NCBI GenBank assembly: GCA_051252455.1
Contig: JBPOFM010000001.1
Coordinates: 374,145-438,144, forward strand
Direction: 5' to 3'
Origin: Aquaticitalea sp.
GTDB taxonomy: Bacteria > Bacteroidota > Bacteroidia > Flavobacteriales > Flavobacteriaceae
Length of the DNA stretch: 64,000 nt
Part shown: positions 1-9,880 of the stretch, piece by piece
Layout of the letters: each line of letters starts with the position of its first letter
Numbering within the stretch: position 1 is the stretch's first letter
Program-made: the position numbers and the translations under genes
The notes under the pieces: generated by a model
What the model saw: only the letters and a program-made list of their open reading frames with translations
Databases searched by the model: none
What the model was told of the DNA's origin: nothing

Positions 1-564
1 CTTCAAGTATTGTCAAGAGCTGGATTAGGAATGCCCAAAACGGTTTTTTCTAACTATACCAAAGATGTGGCTGATATCATTAAATACGTTGGTGGCGCAC
101 CATTGGTCATCAAATTACTGGAAGGTACTCAAGGACTCGGAGTGGTTTTGGCAGAAACAAACAATGCTGCAGAATCGGTGTTGGAAGCCTTTAACGGTTT
201 GCAAGCACGTGTGATTGTGCAAGAATTTATAAAAGAAGCAAAAGGTGCAGACATTCGTGCATTTATTGTCGACGGAAACGTAGTTGGTGCGATGAAACGT
301 CAGGGTAAGGAAGGTGAATTCCGTTCAAATCTACATCGTGGTGGCACTGCGGATATTATTCAACTTACAGACGAGGAAGAAAATGCAGCGCTGAAAGCGG
401 CAAAATCGCTGGGGCTTGGTGTTTGTGGTGTTGATATGCTACAATCTACTCGAGGACCTTTGATTCTTGAGGTTAATTCATCTCCAGGTTTGGAAGGTAT
501 TGAAGCTGCGACCAAAAAGGATATTGCCAAAAGCATCATTCGATTTATTGAACGCAACGTTTAA
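1..564 (+). CDS. rimK: RimK-family alpha-L-glutamate ligase (ATP-grasp), C-terminal part; the 5' end lies upstream of the window
   Basis: Reading frame is open from nt 1. ATP-grasp C-terminal motifs are present (…GTQGLGVVL…, …VQEFI…, …[11 protein letters not shown]…, …[13 protein letters not shown]…). The adjacent gene is an AstE/AspA-family gene, as in the usual rimK neighbourhood. Confidence 0.75.
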   Translation, partial: LQVLSRAGLGMPKTVFSNYTKDVADIIKYVGGAPLVIKLLEGTQGLGVVLAETNNAAESVLEAFNGLQARVIVQEFIKEAKGADIRAFIVDGNVVGAMKRQGKEGEFRSNLHRGGTADIIQLTDEEENAALKAAKSLGLGVCGVDMLQSTRGPLILEVNSSPGLEGIEAATKKDIAKSIIRFIERNV

Positions 565-570
565 CGGATT

Positions 571-1545
571 ATGACATCGGAATACAAAGATATTATTACA
601 ATTTTAGGTCAAGAGATTGCTTTAGGAGAAACTAAAGAAATCAATTTCAACATTGCCAAGCTGCATACTGCGACTAAAATCGAAGTTCCTGTGATTGTAG
701 TCCGTTCCAAAAAACCAGGACCCACTGTTTTATTTTCCGCAGGCATTCATGGTGATGAAATTAACGGTGTGGATATCGTCAGGCAAATTATTGCACGCAA
801 AATAAACAGACCAAAACGTGGTACAATTATCTGCATGCCAGTTATTAATGTATTTGGCTTTTTGAACAGCAAAAGAGCCTTTCCCGATGGTCGAGACCTC
901 AACAGAATGTTTCCGGGTTTTCCCAACGGGTCTTTGGCAAGCAGAGTTGCTTACCGATTGACGAATGAAATTCTTCCAGATGTTGATTTAGTGATGGATT
1001 TTCACACTGGAGGTGCAAGCAGATTTAATGCCGCTCAAGTACGGATTGTCCGTGATCGGCCAGAACTGGAAAATCTTGCAAGGGTTTTCGGTTCTCCTTT
1101 TGTCCTTTATTCGAACCATATTTCTAAATCTTTTAGAAGTACCTGCTTTACTTTAGGAAAACCGATTTTATTATATGAAGGTGGTAAATCGTTTTATGTA
1201 GATAATAACATCTCAAAAGTTGGTGTGGAAGGTGCTAAACGGGTTTTAGCTCATTTTGATATGCTCAACTCTAAATTTAAAGCAAATCCACCTAAATCAC
1301 CTACCGTTTTTGTTGAAGAAAGTAAATGGATCCGAGCCAAGCAATCTGGGATGTTCAAAGCTTTGGTGCCAATCAATACACATGTGAAATGTGATGATGT
1401 TTTAGGGCAAATAACAGACCCTTATGGAAAAGTGTATCACGAAGTAAAGTCGCCCATCAACGGGTATGTTATCAATTTGAATGAGGCATCCCTTGTCTAT
1501 CAAGGTGATGCCTTGTTTCATGTGACGACACGAGTGAAGGAATAG
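571..1545 (+). CDS. Succinylglutamate desuccinylase/aspartoacylase (AstE/AspA) family zinc carboxypeptidase-like protein
   Basis: 324 aa with an N-terminal 'GIHGDEINGVD' Zn-binding signature and a second His region (DFHTGG) typical of the AstE/AspA (M14-like) family. It starts 7 nt after rimK, so they are probably co-transcribed. Confidence 0.7.
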   Translation: MTSEYKDIITILGQEIALGETKEINFNIAKLHTATKIEVPVIVVRSKKPGPTVLFSAGIHGDEINGVDIVRQIIARKINRPKRGTIICMPVINVFGFLNSKRAFPDGRDLNRMFPGFPNGSLASRVAYRLTNEILPDVDLVMDFHTGGASRFNAAQVRIVRDRPELENLARVFGSPFVLYSNHISKSFRSTCFTLGKPILLYEGGKSFYVDNNISKVGVEGAKRVLAHFDMLNSKFKANPPKSPTVFVEESKWIRAKQSGMFKALVPINTHVKCDDVLGQITDPYGKVYHEVKSPINGYVINLNEASLVYQGDALFHVTTRVKE

Positions 1546-1599
1546 TGTTCAGTGTTCAGTGTAATAAGAATTATAGTCTTCAAATTTTTAACTTTCAGA

Positions 1600-2163
1600 A
1601 TGACCAAAGCAGAATTAAGAATACGCTACAAAAATCGGCGTTCCAAAATGTCGAATGAGGCTATTGATGATGAAAGTCTTGCTATTGCCAATCAATTATT
1701 GAAACTTGATATTTGGAATTATTCCTATTACCACCTTTTTTTGAGTATTGCGGAACAGAAAGAAATCAATACAGAATATATCCTCAATATTTTATCAGGA
1801 AAAGATAAAAATATCTTGATTTCAAAATCGGATTTCAAGTCGGTTTCCATGACGCATTATCTGTTGACAGATGCTACTGTCATCAAAAAAAATAAACATC
1901 ACATCCCAGAACCTATTGAAGGCATAGAAATCACAACGGATAAAATTGAAGTCGTATTCGTTCCGCTTTTAGCTTTTGATCAACAAGGTCACAGAATTGG
2001 TTATGGAAAGGGATTTTATGATGCATTTTTGAGTGTATGCAAACCTAATGCGGTTAAAATTGGGCTCTCCTTTTTTGAAGCTGAACAGAAAATAGGAGGT
2101 ATTTTTGAAAGTGATGTGGCTTTAGACTATTGTGTCACTCCGAAAACTATATATCGGTTTTAA
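1600..2163 (+). CDS. 5-formyltetrahydrofolate cyclo-ligase
   Basis: Carries the hallmark 'HRIGYGKGFYD' motif (G-Y-G-x-G-[FY]-YD) and has the expected ~190 aa size. The real start is probably the internal Met (MTKAELRIRY…) rather than the ORF-track start at 1552. Confidence 0.75.
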   Translation: MTKAELRIRYKNRRSKMSNEAIDDESLAIANQLLKLDIWNYSYYHLFLSIAEQKEINTEYILNILSGKDKNILISKSDFKSVSMTHYLLTDATVIKKNKHHIPEPIEGIEITTDKIEVVFVPLLAFDQQGHRIGYGKGFYDAFLSVCKPNAVKIGLSFFEAEQKIGGIFESDVALDYCVTPKTIYRF

Positions 2164-2607
2164 TTATTCACCAATATCTTCATTCCACAATTGATGATGG
2201 GCTTTTATAAAATCTTGCATCATGCGTTTGCAGGTGTCGTCATTTACGACCACGACCTCAACTCCTTTTGATTTCAACAACTCTTCTTCGCCCATAAAAG
2301 TTTGGTTTTCTCCTATAATCACTTTTGGAATTCCATATAAGAGAATGGCTCCTGTGCACATGGAACAAGGCGATAAGGTTGTGTAGATTTCACATTCACG
2401 ATAAAAACTAGCTGGTTTTCGACCTGAATTTTCGAGTGCATCCATTTCGCCATGTAAGATGGCACTTCCTTTTTGGACGCGTCTGTTGTGACCTCGACCA
2501 ACAATTTCTCCATTATGGACCAAGACGGAACCAATTGGGATTCCGCCTTCATCGAGTCCTTTTTTTGCTTCAAGGATAGCTTCTTGTAAAAATTCGTTGG
2601 TATCCAT
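2164..2607 (-). CDS. CDA-fold cytosine/nucleoside deaminase (yeast Fcy1-like)
   Basis: Zinc ligand motifs H-x-E (HGEMDALE) and PC-x-x-C (SPCSMCTGAI) are present. The C-terminal stretch '…GVEVVVVNDDTCKRMMQDFIKAHHQLWNEDIGE' closely resembles the Fcy1-type cytosine deaminase C-terminus. This match is from memory, not from a search. Confidence 0.75.
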   Translation of the reverse strand: MDTNEFLQEAILEAKKGLDEGGIPIGSVLVHNGEIVGRGHNRRVQKGSAILHGEMDALENSGRKPASFYRECEIYTTLSPCSMCTGAILLYGIPKVIIGENQTFMGEEELLKSKGVEVVVVNDDTCKRMMQDFIKAHHQLWNEDIGE

Positions 2608-2650
2608 TCTATTTCACTTTTTATAATGTGTTCTTGCTGTAACGAATTAA

Positions 2651-3142
2651 CTACTTTTGAGTTAGATTGGATCTTGATCTCCCATTTATTTTTTTCACTT
2701 CTATAATACTATCGGAAAAATAAATGTTGTTATCAATTTTTGATAATTTTATTTTTAAAATTGCTTTCTTGTTCTCCTTTACTAAATCTATATGTTTAAT
2801 CCCTCTTACCTTTACATACTGTTTATCAGAAACATATACTGGTAAAACAGAATCATTATCAATTTTGAGAAAAATATATGGGCTCTTCAATAAGTCCTTT
2901 TCCTTTAATTTAGAAAAATGTTTATAGAGCTTTGTCGTTTCATTTTTGGTCGGATTCATCAAAACGCTATCCATATCATGATTAAGGGTGGCATATTCTT
3001 CTTCAGAAGCTCCATAAGCACTCATAAATGAAATAGAATTAAATGTCAAATCTGCTTCAACAACTAAATATTCTTTTTTATTGCATGACAAAAAAAGCAA
3101 TATTGAAAAAAATAAGGTTATAAGTTGGGTACTCATCTTCAA
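2651..3142 (-). CDS. hypothetical lipoprotein
   Basis: Signal peptide plus lipobox (…LLFLSC-NKK). Lys/Asn-rich and AT-rich coding sequence. No recognisable domain. Confidence 0.5.
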   Translation of the reverse strand: MKMSTQLITLFFSILLFLSCNKKEYLVVEADLTFNSISFMSAYGASEEEYATLNHDMDSVLMNPTKNETTKLYKHFSKLKEKDLLKSPYIFLKIDNDSVLPVYVSDKQYVKVRGIKHIDLVKENKKAILKIKLSKIDNNIYFSDSIIEVKKINGRSRSNLTQK

Positions 3143-3169
3143 TCTTTTAATTTATATTTTTGCAAGGCT

Positions 3170-3613
3170 TCATTTGTCTACATCTTTTTCTGGCAGATAC
3201 TCCAAATCCCATTTTGGATTCACTGCATAATCATACCAAAGCCAGAAGAATAGATAGTTTTTTTTGAAATTTCTGTATAATTTGTCATTCGCCTTTAGTT
3301 TTCCTTCCTTTTTGTATCGTTCAGATCCTTTTTCAATACCATTAAACGATATTTCTTTAAAGAGCAATTCACAATCCTTGTATTTGTAGTTAGAGTTACT
3401 ATAGCAATAGTTATAAGTTCCAAGTAAATAATTTCCAACACCATTGTTATATGACATAATATTAAAACCTCCAATAATTAAGGCTATAATACTTATCTTA
3501 TAAAGGATTTTTATTGTTTTTGAGAGAAAGATTTTTTTTGGTAAAAAAAATAACAGGAAATACGAGGTAACAATTAAAGTTACCCAAAAAACTATATTTA
3601 TTATTGGTAGCAT
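3170..3613 (-). CDS. hypothetical membrane protein (2 predicted TM helices)
   Basis: Two hydrophobic helices at the N-terminus, then a Tyr/Asn/Lys-rich soluble part. No known motif. Lies in the AT-rich islet. Confidence 0.45.
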   Translation of the reverse strand: MLPIINIVFWVTLIVTSYFLLFFLPKKIFLSKTIKILYKISIIALIIGGFNIMSYNNGVGNYLLGTYNYCYSNSNYKYKDCELLFKEISFNGIEKGSERYKKEGKLKANDKLYRNFKKNYLFFWLWYDYAVNPKWDLEYLPEKDVDK

Positions 3614-3615
3614 AA

Positions 3616-3945
3616 TTAATTACAATTAGATGTTGATGTTCTAGGCTTCACATTAGCATTATTTATTTGAGCTGGGGAAAATGGCACATCGGCAGTATAA
3701 TCTTCTTCCATTAAATCAACTCCATATTGTCCAGGACTTACTCCCCACACTAAAGAAGCGCCAACAACAAACCATCTATACATTGATGTATTGGGTTCTA
3801 ACTTTTTTAGTTTTTCCATAATACTAGCATTTAATTGGAGCTGCTCCTTATTTAAATGTTTTAAGGTAAATCTAAAATTGGAATTTTGTTGTAAATCTGT
3901 TTGGATCACATCTTCTTTTTGACAGCTCAAAGAAATTGAAATCAT
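3616..3945 (-). CDS. hypothetical small protein
   Basis: 109-aa ORF packed 3 nt downstream of the previous gene. No recognisable motif. Coding status is uncertain. Confidence 0.35.
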   Translation of the reverse strand: MISISLSCQKEDVIQTDLQQNSNFRFTLKHLNKEQLQLNASIMEKLKKLEPNTSMYRWFVVGASLVWGVSPGQYGVDLMEEDYTADVPFSPAQINNANVKPRTSTSNCN

Positions 3946-4072
3946 TGCAAATAAAAGAAAAGTTCTCTTAAATAGGTTTTAAATTCTGTTGCCATGGGTT
4001 ATATTGTTTATAAGTTTATAAAGGCAATATTAGCCATCGTTGAATGTATTCTTGTACTAAATTATTAGATAG

Positions 4073-5209
4073 TTAACTTTTTCGGACATCTTTCTTATAT
4101 TGAATTGGAGTTTTACCAACGAGTTTTTTAAAAGCTGAATAAAAGCTAGACTTTGAATTGAATCCAGCTTCCAGACCAATAGCAGCAACTGTATAATTAT
4201 CATAGCTGTCATCCGCTAACATGTTCTTTGCGTCGGTGATTCTTAAATTATTTATATAATCATTAAAATTGAGTTCGGAGTTTTTACTGATTAATTGTGA
4301 AACGTAGCCTTCACTAATATTTAATTCATTGGCTACATACGCTATGTTCAAATTAGAGTTTAGGTAGGATTTATTTCCTTTTATCAAAATTTCAATTTTG
4401 TCATAAGTTTGTAAATTTTCTTTAGGTTTTAGGTTATCAACTTTTATTGGACCACTTCTTTTTTGCCGCAACTCCATTCGTTCTAATAATAATTCCGATT
4501 TATGAAGCCCCACATGCCCAATCCAGTACACTAGAAACGAAATAACAAGCCACATAGGATAAAAAGCATAAGATTGATCATAATCATAAATCACAACAAT
4601 TACGATTGCTATTAGCCAACAAACACATACTATTAAACCCGTGTAAATAAGTTTTTTTAACCAATTGGTTTCACTTTTAACCGAAACGGGGTCAAATGAT
4701 ATATTCTTTTCATAAGCCAAAATCATTTTGAAAGTCAGATACATTACAAGAACGTTAAACATGAAAGATAAAAATTCAAGATAAACAAATAATCCTCGCT
4801 TGAAATGTGAAGGAATTTCATAACTATTATCCAAAAATAAATGATAAACGACTTGTAAAAAGTGAATACTCAAAACAACGAAGAAAGGAAGTACTAAATA
4901 CCAAATTAAGTTTTTATTTAGTAGCTTAAACCCAATAAACCTCTGAACATATAGATAAAACATGGGAAGTATTAACCAATGCCAAGGTATATAGATGTAT
5001 TTAATGATGGTATATCTATATATTAGACCAGTGTCTACTAACCAATATTGCAGATTACTTAATGATAAAAAAAGAACGACCAATCCAAGATATATCGTAT
5101 TGTTTGTCCTATATTTTTTTTGGTAAATTATTATGAAACTAAAAATTGTACCATAAATCACTCCTGATATAATAATTATATTAAAAATGTTAAAATTTAA
5201 TGTATACAT
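4073..5209 (-). CDS. Membrane-anchored AraC-family transcriptional regulator (7 predicted TM helices + C-terminal HTH_AraC)
   Basis: The C-terminal ~100 aa match the AraC HTH (…NIAYVANELNISEGYVSQLISK… / …NYTVAAIGLEAGFNSKSSFYSAFKKLVGKTP…). The N-terminal ~230 aa form seven hydrophobic segments. Confidence 0.7.
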   Translation of the reverse strand: MYTLNFNIFNIIIISGVIYGTIFSFIIIYQKKYRTNNTIYLGLVVLFLSLSNLQYWLVDTGLIYRYTIIKYIYIPWHWLILPMFYLYVQRFIGFKLLNKNLIWYLVLPFFVVLSIHFLQVVYHLFLDNSYEIPSHFKRGLFVYLEFLSFMFNVLVMYLTFKMILAYEKNISFDPVSVKSETNWLKKLIYTGLIVCVCWLIAIVIVVIYDYDQSYAFYPMWLVISFLVYWIGHVGLHKSELLLERMELRQKRSGPIKVDNLKPKENLQTYDKIEILIKGNKSYLNSNLNIAYVANELNISEGYVSQLISKNSELNFNDYINNLRITDAKNMLADDSYDNYTVAAIGLEAGFNSKSSFYSAFKKLVGKTPIQYKKDVRKS

Positions 5210-5224
5210 GTCACTAACCTGAGA

Positions 5225-5842
5225 TTAATTCTCAAAAGCTTTCTTATTAAACACAATCATCATCCCAATCCCTGTGCTAATTGCCATATCAGCTACATTG
5301 AATACAGGTTCAAAGAAGGTAAAATAATCACCACCAATCCCAGGAATCCATTTTGGTAAAAAGCCACTCCACATGGGAAAATGTAACATATCGACTACTT
5401 TTCCGTGGAACAATGAATCGTATCCGCCATCTTTTGGAAGAAAGGTCGCGACTTGGCTATGACTGTCGTTAAACAGAACACCATAAAAAACAGAGTCTAT
5501 GATATTTCCCAAAGCACCTGCAAAAATCAGCGAAATGGCAACGATCAATATGGTAGCACTTTTCTTTTTGATTGATGAAACCAACCAATAGCTTATAAAT
5601 CCAACCGCCACGATTCGGAAAAGAGTTAAAATCAATTTGGCCTCCCTATCAGAAATAGATTTAATAAAGTCACTCATTTTGGTGCCCCAAGCCATGCCTG
5701 GATTTTCAACAAAAACGATTTGAAACCAATTGAATACAACTGTTTTGTCATTCAATGCAAAATGTGTTTTGATATAAAACTTGCTGATTTGGTCAATAAG
5801 CAGAATAATCAGAATGAGCAAGGTGGCTTTTTTTAGGGACAT
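5225..5842 (-). CDS. lspA: Lipoprotein signal peptidase (signal peptidase II)
   Basis: Conserved LspA blocks are present (…VENPGMAWG…, …GNIIDSVFYG…, …FNVADMAISTG…). It sits in the conserved ileS–dksA-like–lspA neighbourhood. Confidence 0.85.
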   Translation of the reverse strand: MSLKKATLLILIILLIDQISKFYIKTHFALNDKTVVFNWFQIVFVENPGMAWGTKMSDFIKSISDREAKLILTLFRIVAVGFISYWLVSSIKKKSATILIVAISLIFAGALGNIIDSVFYGVLFNDSHSQVATFLPKDGGYDSLFHGKVVDMLHFPMWSGFLPKWIPGIGGDYFTFFEPVFNVADMAISTGIGMMIVFNKKAFEN

Positions 5843-5960
5843 ACCTTTATGTTAGGTTTTGGTAAAAATAGAATTTAATGTATGATTAACCATGTTTCTT
5901 AACAAACAAAAACGTCCTGCTAGTTGCAAGACGTTTTTGTTTGTTGATTATCAATATAAA

Positions 5961-6341
5961 TTATTGTTGCATGTTTTTTGCCTCAATGCTTAATGTGGCA
6001 TGTGGCACAAGGCGCAGACGCTCCTTGCCGATCAATTTTTGAGTGACTCTACAAATGCCATAGGTTTTATTCTCTATTCGAATCAAAGCATTCTTTAAAT
6101 CTCGAATGAATTTCTCCTGACGGATGGCCAATTGTGAATTTGCTTCTTTGCTCATGGTTTCACTACCTTCTTCAAACGCTTTAAACGTAGGAGATGTATC
6201 ATCTGTGCCATTGTTAAGATCGTTCATGTAAGCACTTTTTATCAGGTCTAAATCGTGAACTGCTTTGACGATTTTTTCTTGAATCAAGGTTTTGAATTCT
6301 GCTAAATCCTTATCAGAATATCTTATTGTATCTCCATTCAT
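5961..6341 (-). CDS. TraR/DksA-family C4-type zinc-finger protein
   Basis: 126 aa with a C-terminal C4 zinc-finger region (…YGICRVTQKLIGKERLRLVPHATLS…). The position between ileS and lspA is typical for Bacteroidetes. Confidence 0.7.
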   Translation of the reverse strand: MNGDTIRYSDKDLAEFKTLIQEKIVKAVHDLDLIKSAYMNDLNNGTDDTSPTFKAFEEGSETMSKEANSQLAIRQEKFIRDLKNALIRIENKTYGICRVTQKLIGKERLRLVPHATLSIEAKNMQQ

Positions 6342-6345
6342 AATT

Positions 6346-9300
6346 TTAAATTTTTTGGATGAATAGTTTGGTATTTACGTCATCAAAAGTAATTTCTATA
6401 CCATCTTTTAGAATGTCTAAAATTTCCAATTCATCAGTTAACGTTTCTGATTTAATATACTCTAAATTTTTATTTATTGCACTACTAATTTGTTCATCTT
6501 TTTTAATCTGCACTTTTATCCTATCCGTAAGCTCAAAACCAGAATCTTTTCTTAAATTTTGGATTCGGTTTACCAACTCTCTTGCAATGCCCTCTCTTCT
6601 CAAATCATCTGTGAGCGTGACGTCTAACGCGACTGTCAAGGCACCAGAACTAGCGACTAACCAACCTTCAATATCTTGAGATGTAATCTCTACGTCAGAG
6701 AGTTCCAAAGTAATACTTTTTCCATTAACTTCAACATCTAAAATACCGTTTTGCTCGATGTTTTTGATGTCATTTGCATTAAAACCGCCAATAAGTTGTG
6801 CAATGGCTTTCATGTCCTGACCAAAACGAGGTCCCAGCACTTTGAAGTTCGGTTTAATTTGCTTTATTAATATATCTGAAGCGTCTTCTAACACCTCGAT
6901 ACTTTTCACATTAACTTCATGTTTGATTAAGTCTGCAACCGCTAAAATCTCATTCTTTTGTGATTCACTTTCCATAGGAATCATGATTTTTTGCAATGGT
7001 TGGCGCACCTTAATTTTTTCTTTTGCTCGTAGAGACAAAACCAAAGATGAAATAGTTTGTGCGGCTTCCATCTTGCGTTCCAAGGATTTATCAATGGCAG
7101 AAACATCACAAATTGGAAAGTCCGCTAGATGGATACTTTCGAATGCTTCTTTTTTGGTGACCGAATTTAAATCGATATATAATTTATCCATAAAGAAAGG
7201 TGCAATTGGCGCTCCTAACTTCGCAATGGTAATCATACACTGATACAAGGTCTGATATGCAGAAATCTTGTCTTGCTGATAATCGCCTTTCCAGAAACGT
7301 CTTCTGCTCAAACGCACGTACCAGTTGCTCAAATAATCTTGAGTGAAATCGGAAATCGCACGAGCAGCTTTCGTTGGTTCATAATCGGCATAATAGTCAT
7401 CTACTTTTTGAATCAATGTATTCAATTCAGACAGAATCCAGCGGTCAATTTCTGGCCGTTTTTCTAAAGCAACATCTGGTTCTGAATACTTGAAATTGTC
7501 CAGATTGGTATATAAAGTAAAGAATGAATAAGTGTTGTAAAGTGTTCCAAAAAACTTACGTTTCACTTCTTCGATGCCTTCGATATCAAATTTTAAATTG
7601 TCCCAAGGATTTGCGTTCGCAATCATATACCAACGAGTGGCATCTGCTCCATACGTGGAAAGTGTTATAAATGGGTCCGCTGCATTCCCTAGACGTTTGG
7701 ACATTTTCTGTCCGTTTTTGTCCAGAACCAAACCGTTAGAAACCACATTTTTATACGCAACAGAATCAAAAACCATCGTAGCGATCGCATGAAGTGTGTA
7801 AAACCATCCACGAGTTTGGTCTACACCTTCTGCAATAAAATCGGCTGGATAAGCCTTATGATCATCAATTAATTCTTTGTTTTCAAACGGATAATGCCAT
7901 TGTGCATACGGCATACTCCCTGAATCGAACCAAACGTCTATCAAATCACTTTCACGATGCATCGGTTTTCCAGATGGAGAAACCAACACAATCTCGTCAA
8001 CGATATTTTTATGTAAGTCAATTTTTGCGTAGTTCTCTTCGGAATAATTGCCAATTTCAAACCCTTCAAAAATATCTTTATCTAAAACACCTGCTTCAAC
8101 GGCTTTTGCCATTTCGGCTTTTAATTCTTTAACTGAACCAACACAGATTTCTTCCTTTCCATCTTCTGTTCTCCAGATTGGTAATGGAATTCCCCAATAA
8201 CGTGAACGAGACAAATTCCAGTCGTTCGCGTTTGCTAACCAATTTCCAAAACGTCCAGTTCCTGTAGAAGCTGGTTTCCAGTTGATGGTGTTGTTTAGTT
8301 CCACCATCCGCTCTTTGACGTCAGTAACTTTGATAAACCATGAGTCTAACGGGTAATATAAAATTGGTTTGTCAGTTCGCCAACAGTTTGGGTAACTGTG
8401 TTTATATTTTTCGACTTTAAAAGCTTTATTATCTATTTTAAGTTGGATTGCCAAATCGACATCCACCGAAACTTCAGGCGCTTCATCTTCGTTGTAATAC
8501 TCAAGTTTAACATATTTGCCAGCGTGTTCACCCATTTCTGGTCTAAAACGTCCTTGCAAATCTACTAAAGGTACCAAATTGCCATTGTCGTCCTTTACCA
8601 ATAAAGGCGGGACTTCTGGTGTTGCCTGTTTTGCCACCAAAGCATCATCCGCACCAAAAGTTGGTGCTGTATGCACGATTCCGGTACCATCTACGGTTGT
8701 AACGAAATCGCCGGAGATGATTCTAAACGCATTTTCCGGATGTTCATAAGGTAATGCGTAAGGCAATAATTGTTCGTATTTGATATCTACCAAATCGTTT
8801 CCTTTGAATTCCTTGACTACAAAATATGGAATCTTCTTATCACCAGATTTGTATTCAATTAATTCTGGTTTGGTTTCAACTTGTTGAAATTTCCCAGCAA
8901 ACTGTTCATTAACTAAAGCTTTAGCTAAAATCACATTCATGGGTTCGAATGTGTATTGATTGTACGTTTCTACCAATACATAATCGATTTTTGGCCCAAC
9001 AGTCAATGCTGTGTTGCTCGGAAGCGTCCAAGGTGTGGTCGTCCAAGCCAAGAAATAAATGGTTCCTTCGTTTTGTAAGAAATCTGGAAGCGAACTTTCT
9101 ATGGCTTTGAATTGTGCTACAACCGTTGTATCCGTCACATCTTGATACGTTCCTGGTTGATTTAATTCATGCGAACTTAAACCCGTTCCAGCTTTTGGAG
9201 AATAGGGTTGAATGGTATAGCCTTTATAAATCAGTTTCTTGTCGTAAATCTGTTTTAGCAACCACCAAACACTTTCCATATATTTTGGCTCGTAGGTAAT

Positions 9301-9750
9301 ATATGGATTATCCATATCTACCCAATAGCCCATTTTTTCTGTCAAATCGTTCCACACATCTGTGTAGCGCATGACGGCTTTTCGGCAAGCATCGTTATAA
9401 TCTTCAACAGAAATTGTTTTTCCGATGTCTTCTTTGGTAATGCCGAGTTCTTTTTCAACACCGAGTTCAATTGGCAGTCCGTGTGTATCCCAACCTGCTT
9501 TTCGCTTGACCTGAAAGCCTTTCATGGTTTTGTATCGTGGAAAAATATCCTTGATGGCTCGTGCCAAAACATGATGCACGCCAGGAAGGCCATTTGCAGA
9601 AGGTGGACCTTCAAAAAACACGTATGGTTTGTTGCCTTCACGTGTTGTGACGCTCTTATCAAAAATGTCGTTTTCTTTCCAATAATTGCCAATTTCTTCT
9701 GCAACTTTTGGTAAGTCAAGACCTTTATATTCAGGGAATTTACTACTCAT
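6346..9750 (-). CDS. ileS: Isoleucine--tRNA ligase
   Basis: 1134 aa. HIGH motif region (PPSANGLPGVHHVLARAIKD), KMSKS motif (KMSKRLGN), and the N-terminus MSSKFPEYKGLDLP typical of type-2 IleS. Confidence 0.95.
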   Translation of the reverse strand: MSSKFPEYKGLDLPKVAEEIGNYWKENDIFDKSVTTREGNKPYVFFEGPPSANGLPGVHHVLARAIKDIFPRYKTMKGFQVKRKAGWDTHGLPIELGVEKELGITKEDIGKTISVEDYNDACRKAVMRYTDVWNDLTEKMGYWVDMDNPYITYEPKYMESVWWLLKQIYDKKLIYKGYTIQPYSPKAGTGLSSHELNQPGTYQDVTDTTVVAQFKAIESSLPDFLQNEGTIYFLAWTTTPWTLPSNTALTVGPKIDYVLVETYNQYTFEPMNVILAKALVNEQFAGKFQQVETKPELIEYKSGDKKIPYFVVKEFKGNDLVDIKYEQLLPYALPYEHPENAFRIISGDFVTTVDGTGIVHTAPTFGADDALVAKQATPEVPPLLVKDDNGNLVPLVDLQGRFRPEMGEHAGKYVKLEYYNEDEAPEVSVDVDLAIQLKIDNKAFKVEKYKHSYPNCWRTDKPILYYPLDSWFIKVTDVKERMVELNNTINWKPASTGTGRFGNWLANANDWNLSRSRYWGIPLPIWRTEDGKEEICVGSVKELKAEMAKAVEAGVLDKDIFEGFEIGNYSEENYAKIDLHKNIVDEIVLVSPSGKPMHRESDLIDVWFDSGSMPYAQWHYPFENKELIDDHKAYPADFIAEGVDQTRGWFYTLHAIATMVFDSVAYKNVVSNGLVLDKNGQKMSKRLGNAADPFITLSTYGADATRWYMIANANPWDNLKFDIEGIEEVKRKFFGTLYNTYSFFTLYTNLDNFKYSEPDVALEKRPEIDRWILSELNTLIQKVDDYYADYEPTKAARAISDFTQDYLSNWYVRLSRRRFWKGDYQQDKISAYQTLYQCMITIAKLGAPIAPFFMDKLYIDLNSVTKKEAFESIHLADFPICDVSAIDKSLERKMEAAQTISSLVLSLRAKEKIKVRQPLQKIMIPMESESQKNEILAVADLIKHEVNVKSIEVLEDASDILIKQIKPNFKVLGPRFGQDMKAIAQLIGGFNANDIKNIEQNGILDVEVNGKSITLELSDVEITSQDIEGWLVASSGALTVALDVTLTDDLRREGIARELVNRIQNLRKDSGFELTDRIKVQIKKDEQISSAINKNLEYIKSETLTDELEILDILKDGIEITFDDVNTKLFIQKI

Positions 9751-9880
9751 TGTCTCCGTAATTCTTTTCGAATTGCGAAATTAAGGATTTTTGGGAAAAA
9801 GTGAGAACTTTAATTGGTGAAAAAGTCCTGTAGCTATATTGTTGTCATTATTTTACAATCTTGAAGAAAAAAATGAATCA

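Noticed and set aside
2319-2573. 84-aa minus-strand ORF nested inside the deaminase gene, in another frame
   Set aside because: Fully embedded in a well-supported CDS. No motif. Typical spurious alternative-frame ORF.
6359-9714. Series of 60-130-aa plus-strand ORFs antisense to ileS
   Set aside because: All lie antisense within a highly conserved 1134-aa gene. Their composition is biased (Ser/Phe/Ile-rich from reverse complement of Glu/Lys-rich codons). No independent signals.
5225-9750. ileS / TraR-DksA-like / lspA gene string as a possible novel association
   Set aside because: This is a long-known conserved neighbourhood in Bacteroidetes. No novelty.
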